DNA of 63,446 nt, the filler included. It is 7 parts of 7 records of this genome, joined end to end, with 100 filler letters (N's around TTAATTAATTAA, not from the genome) between each part and the next. Parts side by side here need not be neighbours in the genome. Positions count along the whole stretch, not along the records: positions 1 to 9,044 come from SRR31156797_42940; positions 9,145 to 16,773 come from SRR31156797_42943; 5 more parts are not named here. One strand, written 5' to 3'. Shown one piece after another: positions 1 to 9,512 of this stretch. Position 1 is the stretch's first letter. The number at the start of each line of letters is the position of its first letter. The notes under the pieces were generated by a model, which saw only the letters and a program-made list of their open reading frames with translations, ran no database searches and was not told where the DNA came from. Both the position numbers and the translations under genes were made by a program.

Positions 1-624
1 AAAGAGACCGTTGTGCTCATCCAAGAAGCGGGCGGTCATGCACAGTTTTTTGAAGGGGATGTCACAAGTGAAGATGATTGCCGTTTGCTGGCGGAAAAAA
101 CCGCCGATGTTTATGGGAAGATCGATATCCTCATCAACAATGCGGCCATCTATGACGGCCTTGTCAGAAAACCCTTTGATGAAATTTCCCTGGACGAATG
201 GGATCGGGTCATGGGGGTGAATGTCAAGGGAAGTTTCATTGCAACGCGTGCGGTGTACCCCTTCATGAAAGAGGCGGCATACGGTAAAATTATCAATCTT
301 TGTTCCGAAACAGCCTTTACCGGATCCCACGGTTTCGTTCATTATGTCTCTTCCAAAGGGGGGATTCTGGCTCTGACCCGGGCCTTGGCCGTTGAACTGG
401 GTCCCCATAACATCTGCATCAACGCCATTGCACCCGGATTTACGGATACGGAAGCGAGCCGTTCCCTGGCGGATGTGAGCAAATACGATACCAGCAAAAC
501 CCCGCTCAAACGCTTGGGAACCCCTGAAGATGTGACCGGCGCCGCCCTTTACCTGGCGTCGGAGGAAAGCGATTTCATTACCGGCCAGACGCTTGTGGTG
601 GATGGCGGGCGGTATATGCATTAA
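1..624 (+). CDS. SDR family oxidoreductase (5'-truncated at window edge)
   Basis: IDILINNA, catalytic YVSSK (YxxxK), NAIAPG, FITGQTLVVDGG motifs; frame is open from base 1. Confidence 0.92.
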   Translation, partial: KETVVLIQEAGGHAQFFEGDVTSEDDCRLLAEKTADVYGKIDILINNAAIYDGLVRKPFDEISLDEWDRVMGVNVKGSFIATRAVYPFMKEAAYGKIINLCSETAFTGSHGFVHYVSSKGGILALTRALAVELGPHNICINAIAPGFTDTEASRSLADVSKYDTSKTPLKRLGTPEDVTGAALYLASEESDFITGQTLVVDGGRYMH

Positions 625-686
625 AAGTTGTCAGTTGCATGGCTGTAAGAATGAGAAAAGAGTTTTTGAATTAACGGGAGTCAGGT

Positions 687-1835
687 TTGGAAACCGTCGA
701 ACCTTTTGAAGAAGCCATCGATTTGATCAAGGATGCAGGAGGAGACGCCTTTAAGCTCTGCTTTCAGTGCGGTCTGTGCACCGCCAGCTGCCCCTGGAAT
801 GCGGTCAGAACCTTCATGCCGCACCGGATGATATGCGAATCCCGCTATGGGCTGGTGGATCTGGAAGATGAATCCTGGTGGCAATGTACCACCTGCAACC
901 AGTGTGTGGACCGATGTCCCAGGGGCGTTGTCATTACGGATGTCCTTGGATCGGTTCGTAAAATCCTCCTGGATTTCGAGTACCGAATGGCGCCGGCCAG
1001 TCTGCGCAGCGCCATGGGCGGTTTGAGCGGCGAAGGTAATCCCTGGGGCGGAGAACGGAAGAACCGTTCCCACTGGATCAAGGATACGGGCATTAAGACG
1101 TTAAAGGAGGCGGATGAGGCTCTCTATTTCTCCTGCTGCACGCCTGCCTATGACACACGTCTGGGGAATGTGGCCCGTGCCACGGGTCGAATTCTTCAAA
1201 AAGCAGGGGTCGGTTTCGGAACGCTGGGAAGCAGTGAAAGTTGCTGCGGCGAAAGTGTTCGCAAAGCGGGCAACCTGGATGTGTTCGAGTCTCTCGCCAA
1301 AAATAATATCAAAGCGTTTCAAGAAAACGGCGTCAAGGAGATTATCGCCACTTCACCCCACTGCTATACCGCCTTTAAAGATGACTACCCGGACCTGGGG
1401 GGCGTTTTTGAAGTTTCCCATGTTACCCAGGTGCTTGACCGTCTCATTTCGCTGGGCAAAATCACATTTACCAAAGAAGTCAAAAAGAAAGTGATCTACC
1501 ATGATCCCTGCTATCTGGGGCGGCACAACGGTATTTATGATGAACCGCGAAATGTGCTCCGGAGTATACCCGGCCTTCAATTGGCAGATGAATTGAACGC
1601 AAGGGAAAACTCCCTTTGCTGCGGTGGCGGCGGTGGACGTATCTGGATGGAAACCGTGAAAGGGGAACGATTTTCCGACATCCTGGTGGCGCAGGCCGTC
1701 CAGCAGGGGGCCCATGTCCTGGCCACCGCGTGCCCCTATTGCATTCTCAATTTCAAGGACAGTGTGGCCACCGCCGAGATGGACGGGGATTTGGAAATCA
1801 TGGATGTTTCGGAGCTTGTGGAAATGGCATTGTAG
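687..1835 (+). CDS. HdrD/BamD-like Fe-S oxidoreductase (2x[4Fe-4S] plus two CCG domains)
   Basis: CFQCGLCTASCP, CTTCNQCVDRCP, ESCCG, YHDPCYLGRHN, CCGGGGG; N-terminus METVEPFEEAIDLIKDAGGDAFK resembles recalled BamD; TTG start with GGGAG RBS. Confidence 0.9.
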   Translation: METVEPFEEAIDLIKDAGGDAFKLCFQCGLCTASCPWNAVRTFMPHRMICESRYGLVDLEDESWWQCTTCNQCVDRCPRGVVITDVLGSVRKILLDFEYRMAPASLRSAMGGLSGEGNPWGGERKNRSHWIKDTGIKTLKEADEALYFSCCTPAYDTRLGNVARATGRILQKAGVGFGTLGSSESCCGESVRKAGNLDVFESLAKNNIKAFQENGVKEIIATSPHCYTAFKDDYPDLGGVFEVSHVTQVLDRLISLGKITFTKEVKKKVIYHDPCYLGRHNGIYDEPRNVLRSIPGLQLADELNARENSLCCGGGGGRIWMETVKGERFSDILVAQAVQQGAHVLATACPYCILNFKDSVATAEMDGDLEIMDVSELVEMAL

Positions 1836-1865
1836 CAGTTTTCGGTTACCGGTACGGAGATTTAA

Positions 1866-4800
1866 ATGTCTGAAAAAAAACAGGAAATCACAATTTCCGA
1901 TACTGTGGGAAAACCCGTTGGTGCCGTCATGGTCGTGGGCGCCGGGGTCAGCGGCATACAGGCGGCACTGGATGCGGCCAATTCCGGGTTCAAGGTCTAC
2001 CTGGTGGAAAAGAAGGCTTCCATCGGTGGAAAGATGAGCCAACTGGACAAAACCTTTCCCACCAACGATTGTTCCATGTGCATCCTATCACCCAAATTCC
2101 TGGAATGCGCTACCAATCCCAATATTTCAATCCTGACGGACTCGGAAGTGGATGCTGTTTGGGGGGAAGAGGGCAATTTCACGGTTGATCTGGTGCAAGA
2201 GCCCCGTTACGTGGATTCGGACAAGTGTACCGGTTGCGGCCTTTGCGCCGAATACTGCCCCGTGGGGATCACCGACCATTACAACGCAGGGCTTGCAACC
2301 GTCAAATGTATCCATCTCCCCTTTCCACAGGCTGTTCCCGCAGTGAGTGTGGTGGATCCTTCCCGGTGCCTGTTCTTAGAGCGCACCGAATGCCAGATCT
2401 GCGTGCCGACCTGTAATACGCGTGCCATCGATTTCCATCAACAGGCAAAAAAACATGAAATAGCGGTGGGAAGTATCATTCTGGCCCCCGGCTATGATGT
2501 ATTTGATCCGTCGGAGCAGAGCCAGTACGGCTATGACCGTTTTAGAAACGTGGTCACCAGTCTGGAATACGAGCGTCTCCTGAGCGCTTCGGGACCTAAC
2601 GGCGGTGTTCTGCGCCGCCCGTCCGACGGCGCAACCCCTCTTAAAATCGCCTGGATTCAGTGCGTCGGTTCCAGGGACGTGGGTGCGGGAAATCGTTATT
2701 GTTCATCCGTGTGCTGCATGTACGCCATGAAACAGGTGATTCTCTCCAAGGAACACATTCCGCCCTTGGAAGCGGTTCTCCTTCATAATGACGTGCGTGC
2801 CTTCGGCAAAGGCTTTGAGCGGTATTATGAAAGGGCCAAAGCCCTTGATGGCGTGCGATTTGAGTGGGCAAAACCCTCCGTTGTGGGCGAAGATCCGGAA
2901 ACCCATGCCGTTACACTGAGATACCGTCTGGACGGCGAACGGGTTCACGAAGAAGCCTTTGACCTGGTGGTGTTGTCGTTAGGTCTTTCATCACCCTCGA
3001 GCAACCGGGCCCTGGCGGACCGGTTGGGCATAACACTCAATGAAGAAGGATTCTGCGGCGCGTCCCCCCTTTACCCGATGGAAACGGAACGGTCCGGCAT
3101 ATATGCCTGCGGTGTTTTCTGTGGGCCCATGGATATCCCCGATTCCGTCACCATGGCCGGCGGTGCGGCAGCCATGGCCACGGAGCGTCTGTCCCGGTCC
3201 CGGGGGTCTTTGGTGAGTGAAAAATGTTACCCCGAGGAGCGGGATATTCGGGGGGAACCGCCACGGGTCGGTGTCTTTGTGTGTCATTGCGGTACCAACA
3301 TTATTAAAAGCGTTGCGGTATCCCGTGTGGTGGCATATGCCGAGACCCTGGGAGGGGTGGTCCATGCCCAGGAAGACACTTTCAGCTGTTCCATTGATTC
3401 CATCAAACGGATGGTCCGGACCATCAAGGAAAAAGATCTCAACCGGGTGGTGGTGGCGGCCTGTACCCCCAGAACCCATGAACCGGTTTTCCAGGATGCC
3501 CTCAGGCAGGCAGGTTTGAACCCCTTTCTCTTTGAGATGACCAACATACGGGAACACTGTGCCTGGGTCCACATGGGAGATAAAAAGAGAGCCACCCGAA
3601 AAGCCGGCGACCTGGTTCGCATGGCCGTCACCAAAGCGGGGATGCTGATGCCCTTGGCCCAAAAACCGTATGCCATTCAGCGCGCCGCACTGGTGATCGG
3701 CGGCGGCATAGCCGGAATGGTAAGCGCCCTCTCCCTGGCAAACCAGGGGATCAAGGTTCATCTGGTTGAAAAAAAACATTCCCTGGGGGGTATGGCAGGA
3801 AGGCTGAGGTATACGGTGGAAGGCGATGATGTTCAAGCCTATCTGAAAGGGCTCATTGAGCAAGTTTACCACCATCTGCTGGTTCAGGTCCACATGGGGG
3901 CGGAAATCAGGGATTTTTCAGGGTATGTGGGGAATTTCCGTACGACCCTTGAAACGGGTGCGCAAAGGCTTTCCGTTGAAATACCCCACGGCGTGACGGT
4001 GGTGGCCACCGGTGCCCGGGAATTTAAGCCCAACGAATATCTTTATGGGAATCATGAACGGGTGTTGACCCACCTGGAACTGGAAGAAGAAATCCATACA
4101 CAAAAAGACCGGATCAAAAAATGCCGCTCCCTGGTGATGATTCAATGTGTGGGATCAAGGGATGATGAGAGACCCTATTGCAGCCGTGTCTGTTGCGGGC
4201 AGGCGGTGAAGAATGCCCTCAAGCTCAAAGAGATGAACCCTGAAATGAAGATTTATGTGCTGTATCGGGATATGCGAACCTACGGCCTTCTGGAAAATGC
4301 CTATGGGGATGCGGCGGACCAAGGCGTGATGTTCATCCGTTACCATGAAACGGACAAGCCGGAGGTTACAGCAAAGGATGGCGGGAACGGGTTACAAGTG
4401 CTGGTGACCGAACCGACACTGGGGCGGAAATTGATGCTTGAGGCGGACCTTCTCTCCCTGGCGGCCGCCACGGTTCCGGCTGAGAATAACCATTCTCTAT
4501 CCCAGGCCCTCAAGGTTCCCCTGAATCCGGACGGGTTTTTCATGGAGGCCCATATGAAACTTCGGCCGGTTGATTTTCCCACCGACGGCATTTTCATGTG
4601 CGGCCTGGCCCACAACCCCAAACTCATCACCGAGAGCATTTCCCAAGGGTATGCGGCGGCCTCCCGGGCCATGACGGTTCTGTCACGGGAAGAAATGCGG
4701 GGCGAAGGTGCCATAGCCCGGGTGGATGAAAAGTGTTGTACCGGTTGTTCGGTCTGTGAGGAAGTCTGCCCCTTCCATGCGGTGGAGGTGTCCATGGAAA

Positions 4801-4937
4801 GCGGTGTGGCGGCTGTAAACAGCGCACTTTGCAAAGGATGCGGCCTTTGTGCGGCATCGTGCCGAAGTGGCGCGCTGGATGTCATGGGCAACAATGAGGA
4901 ACAGGTTTTCTCATTGCTTTTAGCCCTTAGCGGTTAG
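1866..4937 (+). CDS. Large HdrA-like / BamE-like flavoprotein (two FAD modules plus ferredoxin clusters)
   Basis: VVGAGVSG...LDKTFPTNDCSMC, IQCVGSR (twice), YCSSVCC and YCSRVCC, second VIGGGIAG, C-terminal 2x[4Fe-4S]; 1023 aa. Confidence 0.93.
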   Translation: MSEKKQEITISDTVGKPVGAVMVVGAGVSGIQAALDAANSGFKVYLVEKKASIGGKMSQLDKTFPTNDCSMCILSPKFLECATNPNISILTDSEVDAVWGEEGNFTVDLVQEPRYVDSDKCTGCGLCAEYCPVGITDHYNAGLATVKCIHLPFPQAVPAVSVVDPSRCLFLERTECQICVPTCNTRAIDFHQQAKKHEIAVGSIILAPGYDVFDPSEQSQYGYDRFRNVVTSLEYERLLSASGPNGGVLRRPSDGATPLKIAWIQCVGSRDVGAGNRYCSSVCCMYAMKQVILSKEHIPPLEAVLLHNDVRAFGKGFERYYERAKALDGVRFEWAKPSVVGEDPETHAVTLRYRLDGERVHEEAFDLVVLSLGLSSPSSNRALADRLGITLNEEGFCGASPLYPMETERSGIYACGVFCGPMDIPDSVTMAGGAAAMATERLSRSRGSLVSEKCYPEERDIRGEPPRVGVFVCHCGTNIIKSVAVSRVVAYAETLGGVVHAQEDTFSCSIDSIKRMVRTIKEKDLNRVVVAACTPRTHEPVFQDALRQAGLNPFLFEMTNIREHCAWVHMGDKKRATRKAGDLVRMAVTKAGMLMPLAQKPYAIQRAALVIGGGIAGMVSALSLANQGIKVHLVEKKHSLGGMAGRLRYTVEGDDVQAYLKGLIEQVYHHLLVQVHMGAEIRDFSGYVGNFRTTLETGAQRLSVEIPHGVTVVATGAREFKPNEYLYGNHERVLTHLELEEEIHTQKDRIKKCRSLVMIQCVGSRDDERPYCSRVCCGQAVKNALKLKEMNPEMKIYVLYRDMRTYGLLENAYGDAADQGVMFIRYHETDKPEVTAKDGGNGLQVLVTEPTLGRKLMLEADLLSLAAATVPAENNHSLSQALKVPLNPDGFFMEAHMKLRPVDFPTDGIFMCGLAHNPKLITESISQGYAAASRAMTVLSREEMRGEGAIARVDEKCCTGCSVCEEVCPFHAVEVSMESGVAAVNSALCKGCGLCAASCRSGALDVMGNNEEQVFSLLLALSG

Positions 4938-5001
4938 CCCTTAGCCAAAAGTCAATCATTAACAGCTAATAGCTAATAGCTTATAGTTTGAAAGGAGCCT
5001 T

Positions 5002-6801
5002 ATGTTTGGATGGAAAGGCAAAATTCTGAGGATTGATCTTACCACGGGGAACCGTTCCGTTGAAGATTCGTCCCCGGACCTGTGCCGGAACTTTATCGGC
5101 GGGAGGGGCGCGGGGCTTAAACTGCTGGTGGATGAAGTGGATCCCCGCATCGATCCCCTGGGGCCTCAAAACAAGCTCATCTTTGCCACGGGCCCTCTGA
5201 CCGGTACGGGCGTTCCCGCCGGGGGGCGCTTCGTTGTGGTGAGTAAATCCCCCTTGAGCAACTGTATCGCCAACCCCTGTTGCGGCGGTTATTTCGGCCC
5301 GAATTTGAAATTTGCGGGGTATGATATCTTGATTCTCGAAGGCCGGGCCCCATCCCCCGTGTATCTCTATATCAGGGACGATCAGGTGGAACTTCGAAAC
5401 GCGGACCATCTGTGGGGGAAGTGGTCCACCGACACGGAACATGCCCTTAGAAAAGAGCTGGGCGAGACCGATAACCTGGACGACTGGGAATTGAGTGACC
5501 TCAGTGTTGTCAGCATCGGCCCCGCCGGCGAAAACCTCGTGCGGTTTGCCTGCATCATGGCGGATGGCGGCCGGGCCGCGGGACGGTCGGGCCTCGGTGC
5601 GGTCATGGGAAGCAAGAACCTGAAAGGGATTGCCGTGAGCGGCACGGGGCAGGTGGATGTGGCGGATGTCACGGGATTCAGCCGGGCGGTGATGGATTTT
5701 CTGGAAGAGGGGAGGGTCAATCGTACCCTGTACAATCGCAGGACCTACGGCACATGGGCGCTACCGGGGAGAGCCAACAAGAGCGGCACCCAGGCCACCC
5801 GTAATTTCCAGGAAGGGTATTCCAAAGCCTTTGAATGGTATGAAGATCCCAATAATGTGAGGGATCACATCCGTGTTCGCGATGAAGCCTGTTTCGGCTG
5901 TCCCTTTGCCTGCAGCAAACGGAGCCGCATCAAAGACCCCGAATATCCGTACACCACCAAGGGCCCCGAGCATGAGAGCATGGCGCTCTTGGGTTCCAAT
6001 TGCGGTTTCGGGGACCTGGACGATATCTGTCGGGCCAATTACCTCTGTAATGAACTGGGAATGGATACCATCACGGCCGGTGCCACCATATCGTGCGCCA
6101 TGGAGCTGTTTGAATCGGGCTACCTGCCGGAAGAAGATCTGGGATATGCAATGGGTTTCGGTAACACCCAAGCCATGATGGCGTTACTCAAAAAGACGGC
6201 CATCCGTGAGGACTTCGGTGAAGTGCTGGCCGAAGGGGGAAAATTTGTTGCCGAAAAATACGGACATCCCGAATTGTTCATGGGAATCAAGGGCATGGGC
6301 ATGCCCGCCTGGCATCCCCAGGGTGTCCCCATCATCGGGCTTCAGTATGCCACCAACAATGTGGGCGGCAGCCATACAAAGGCAACCCTTCCCTTTTATG
6401 ACGGCAGGCGGGACCCGGAGGAACACATCAAATGGACCAAACACGACCAGGACTATGTGGCCCTGGTGGACTCCGCCATATTGTGCTGGATTATCTACCA
6501 TGGACCCCTGTGGGGAGAAAAGCTTCAGATCTGGCTCAATGTCACCACCGGATTGGACTACAGTGATGGGGAACTCCGGAAGATCGGGGAAAAAATCTGG
6601 AACATGGAGAGATTGTTCAACCTGAAAACGGGGCTTACCGCAAAAGATGATGCCCTGCCCAGAAGAATGACCCATGAGCCCCGGGTGAAGGGCCAGGTGG
6701 TGCCCATGGACCGGATGTTGCCCGAATATTATGACCTTCGGGGATGGGATGAACAAGGGATTCCCAAGCCGGAAAAACTGGCGGAACTGGGACTTTCCTG
6801 A
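5002..6801 (+). CDS. Tungsten aldehyde:ferredoxin oxidoreductase (AOR/WOR) family protein
   Basis: GKILRIDLT, GGRG, SKSPL, KFAGYD, IGPAGENLVRFACI, GRSGLGAVMGSKNLK, CFGCPFAC, LGMDTI, EYYDLRGWD; AGGAG RBS. Confidence 0.95.
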   Translation: MFGWKGKILRIDLTTGNRSVEDSSPDLCRNFIGGRGAGLKLLVDEVDPRIDPLGPQNKLIFATGPLTGTGVPAGGRFVVVSKSPLSNCIANPCCGGYFGPNLKFAGYDILILEGRAPSPVYLYIRDDQVELRNADHLWGKWSTDTEHALRKELGETDNLDDWELSDLSVVSIGPAGENLVRFACIMADGGRAAGRSGLGAVMGSKNLKGIAVSGTGQVDVADVTGFSRAVMDFLEEGRVNRTLYNRRTYGTWALPGRANKSGTQATRNFQEGYSKAFEWYEDPNNVRDHIRVRDEACFGCPFACSKRSRIKDPEYPYTTKGPEHESMALLGSNCGFGDLDDICRANYLCNELGMDTITAGATISCAMELFESGYLPEEDLGYAMGFGNTQAMMALLKKTAIREDFGEVLAEGGKFVAEKYGHPELFMGIKGMGMPAWHPQGVPIIGLQYATNNVGGSHTKATLPFYDGRRDPEEHIKWTKHDQDYVALVDSAILCWIIYHGPLWGEKLQIWLNVTTGLDYSDGELRKIGEKIWNMERLFNLKTGLTAKDDALPRRMTHEPRVKGQVVPMDRMLPEYYDLRGWDEQGIPKPEKLAELGLS

Positions 6802-6819
6802 AGGGAGGCTGAACAATCC

Positions 6820-7188
6820 ATGAGAATCAAGATCGATTATGCCAAATGCACCGGTTGTAAACTTTGCCAGGTGGCCTGTTCATTGCAGCACACCGGATCC
6901 GTCAATCCCCAGCGGTCGCGTATTCGCGTGTTCGTGGGTGAGGAGGTGTGTCTGCCGGTCATCGCAGGCCCCTATACGGAAGCGGCCTGCAATTCCAAGG
7001 AAAATATGGTGATTAACGGTCAGGAGGTGGACGGCTGTGTGGTCTGCCGCGCATCCTGTCCGGTGAAATCGGCTTTTAAAGAGCCGGATACGGGGATCCC
7101 CCTCAAATGCGATTTCTGCGGGGACCCACCGGATCCACAGTGTGTAAAATGGTGTGATCCGGACGCATTGATGTTGGTTGACGGTTGA
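6820..7188 (+). CDS. BamC-like 4Fe-4S protein
   Basis: CTGCKLCQVAC, NPQRSRIRV, AGPYTEAAC, CVVCRASCP..FKEPDTGIPLKCDFC..PQCVKWC closely follows the recalled BamC pattern (CRASCP..F.EPDSGLPLKCD.C...P.CV.WC). Confidence 0.85.
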   Translation: MRIKIDYAKCTGCKLCQVACSLQHTGSVNPQRSRIRVFVGEEVCLPVIAGPYTEAACNSKENMVINGQEVDGCVVCRASCPVKSAFKEPDTGIPLKCDFCGDPPDPQCVKWCDPDALMLVDG

Positions 7189-7368
7189 CGGTTGCTGGAA
7201 TCCGGTAACCGGTAACCGGTGGCCGGCAATGGATGACCGTTGAATCAAAGAAAGGAGGTTTTGTTCGGAATTTCAGGCAATCGCGATTGTTGCAAAACCG
7301 CGTATTCCCGGGATGTCGTCAATGAGCCGGTTTTGCATTCCACAAACATATTTTCAAGGAGGCGTAAA

Positions 7369-9044
7369 ATGAAAGTGTATGATGTGGTGCCAGGGTTGGA
7401 ATTTGATGCGGAAAGAGACTTTGAACAATCACCGGCGTGGTTCCTGGACGGGACCCATTCGGTGCCGCCATGGACCCCCATGTTCGGATGGTTCTGGGTC
7501 AGCTTCTGCCGTCATGGAATGCAGTACGGGGCCGAAAAACTAAGCCTGCCGACTGTCAAGGGGTGGGACTGGCGTTTTCATAACGGCGGCGGTTACCTGA
7601 CGCTTCTACTGGTCAAGAGCGAGGAGGAAAAACAACGGCGGGAGAAGAAATTCCGAACGGCCATTTTACCTTTCATTCAGGATTATGATGGATTGTGGGG
7701 CGGGTATGTGAAGGAAATCCTGGGACGCTACGAAGATCTGAAAAAACTGGATCTGGATACCGCCGAAAACCTGGAACTTCTGGATAATTTTGAAGAGACC
7801 ATCAACACCTGCCGCCGCATGTGGGAAATCCATATGTATATGATGTACGGCACCTATACGGCCTATATCCTCTTTGAAAACATGTGCCGGGAGCTGGCGG
7901 GGATCGACGATACCTCTCCCCAGTTTCATCACTTGGTTTCCGGTTTTGACAACAAGGTTTTTCAAGTGGATAAGCGTTTGTGGGAGTGTTCAAAGCGTGC
8001 CCGGGAAGAGGGCCTTGAAAGTGCCTTTCTGGAAGGAGAGGTGGAAGACATCAAGAGCCGTCTGGAAGCGACCGACAAGGGTCGTGCTTTCATGAAGGAC
8101 TTTACCGCGTTTATGGATGAGGACGGGTGGCGCATGCAGCGCATGAGTGAAATCAATCTGCCCACATGGGTGGAGGATCCCACTCCGGCCCTGGTGAATG
8201 TGAAACAGTTTCTCATGAAAGGCGGCGATTTTAACCTGGAGGCGGAAAGGGCTAAAGTGACCGAGGCCCGCCTTGTGGCCGAAAAAGAGGTGTTGGAAAA
8301 GGTCCCCCAGGAGCAGCAGGGATGGTTTACACAGTTGATGCGGCTGGCCCAGAAGAGCGGCGTCTTCAGTGAGGAACATGACCATTACCTGGATCTCTAC
8401 ACCCACGCCATGATGAGACGAAGCGCCCTGGGCCTGGGTAGACGCTGGGTACAGGAAGGGGCCATTGATGATCCCGAAGACATGTTCTTCCTCCAGCCGG
8501 ACGAAGTGCGCCGGGCGGGCATCGCTCCGGATCAGTTCAATATGCGCTATATCGTTGAGCGGAGGAAAGCGGAATGGGAAGAGTGGTGTGAAAATCCCAA
8601 CCCGCCCGCCATGCTCAAGGAAGGGTTCGACCTGGATCAGGCCATGGCGGTTCTGGTCCAGAGCAACGATCCCATCGCCCTCAAGGTGGTGGTGGGCTCC
8701 ATGCCACAGGTGAGGCCCGAGCTGAAAGCGGATCTCTACGGCACCTGCGGATCTCCGGGAGTGGCCGAGGGTCCGGCTCGCGTCATCATGAGCGAGGACG
8801 AACTGAGCCTGGTCCAGGAAGGTGACATCCTGGTGGCGGCCAGCACCTCGCCCAGTTGGACACCCATTTTCAGCATGATCAAAGGCGTTATCGTGGATCG
8901 CGGGGCCAGCCTGTCCCATGCGGCCATTGTGGGCCGGGAGTATGGCATTCCGGTGGTCATGAACGTTTTTGAAGGGACCGCCAAGATCCGGTCGGGACAG
9001 ACGGTCAAGGTGGATGCCAATATGGGGACCGTTTACATCCTGGA
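7369..9044 (+). CDS. PEP-utilising enzyme, phenylphosphate synthase alpha (PpsA)-like; 3' end cut by contig edge
   Basis: AGGAGG RBS before ATG 7369; C-terminal phospho-His swivel domain (GSPGVAEGPARV, TSPSWTP, SHAAIVGREYGIP); no ATP-grasp domain; N-terminal WFLDGTH..P resembles recalled PpsA WFYDGLH.PEP. Confidence 0.8.
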
Positions 9045-9144
9045 NNNNNNNNNNNNNNNNNNNNNNNNNNNNNNNNNNNNNNNNNNNNTTAATTAATTAA
9101 NNNNNNNNNNNNNNNNNNNNNNNNNNNNNNNNNNNNNNNNNNNN
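9045..9144. other. Artificial contig spacer (N-run with TTAATTAATTAA)
   Basis: Same 100-nt pattern occurs six times; composition changes across it. Confidence 0.98.
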
Positions 9145-9512
9145 ATGCCGCATTGGATGCGACAATTATTTTTTGATTTATCAAGACGAGAAATTTTAGC
9201 ATAGCCTTAGCTACGTTATTATTTTTCAACGAAGAAGAATCGAAAAAAATAAGCTTATATGCGACATTTTGTGGTCAATTTAGTATTAATATCAGCAAAT
9301 CTGAGAACAATTTAGGTTGAAAAGAGTTACATATATCAACATTTCCAAATGATTAAATTCTATTAGTATGAAATGAGCATAAATTTTCAGCATCCTATAA
9401 AATACCAACCACGGAAGATTAATCCTGATAATTATTGGGATTGTTAAAGTGAAGCGGTTACATAGGTGCGAAAATGTTTGTTTTCATTTTAAAAAACAAA
9501 AATTTAAAACAG

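Noticed and set aside
5002-6801. Calling this gene bamB (class II benzoyl-CoA reductase)
   Set aside because: Motifs match classical AOR (GGRG, GRSGLGAVMGSKNLK, GPEHE) better than recalled BamB; left unnamed pending phylogeny.
7270-7295. Sigma54 promoter before the ppsA-like gene
   Set aside because: GG and GC are not at the required -24/-12 spacing.
7240-7368. N-terminal extension of the PEP-utiliser given by the ORF track
   Set aside because: A strong AGGAGG RBS precedes ATG 7369, and the extension overlaps inverted repeats typical of a leader.
9089-9100. TTAATTAATTAA repeats as biological elements
   Set aside because: Always embedded in N-runs of fixed length; assembly linker.
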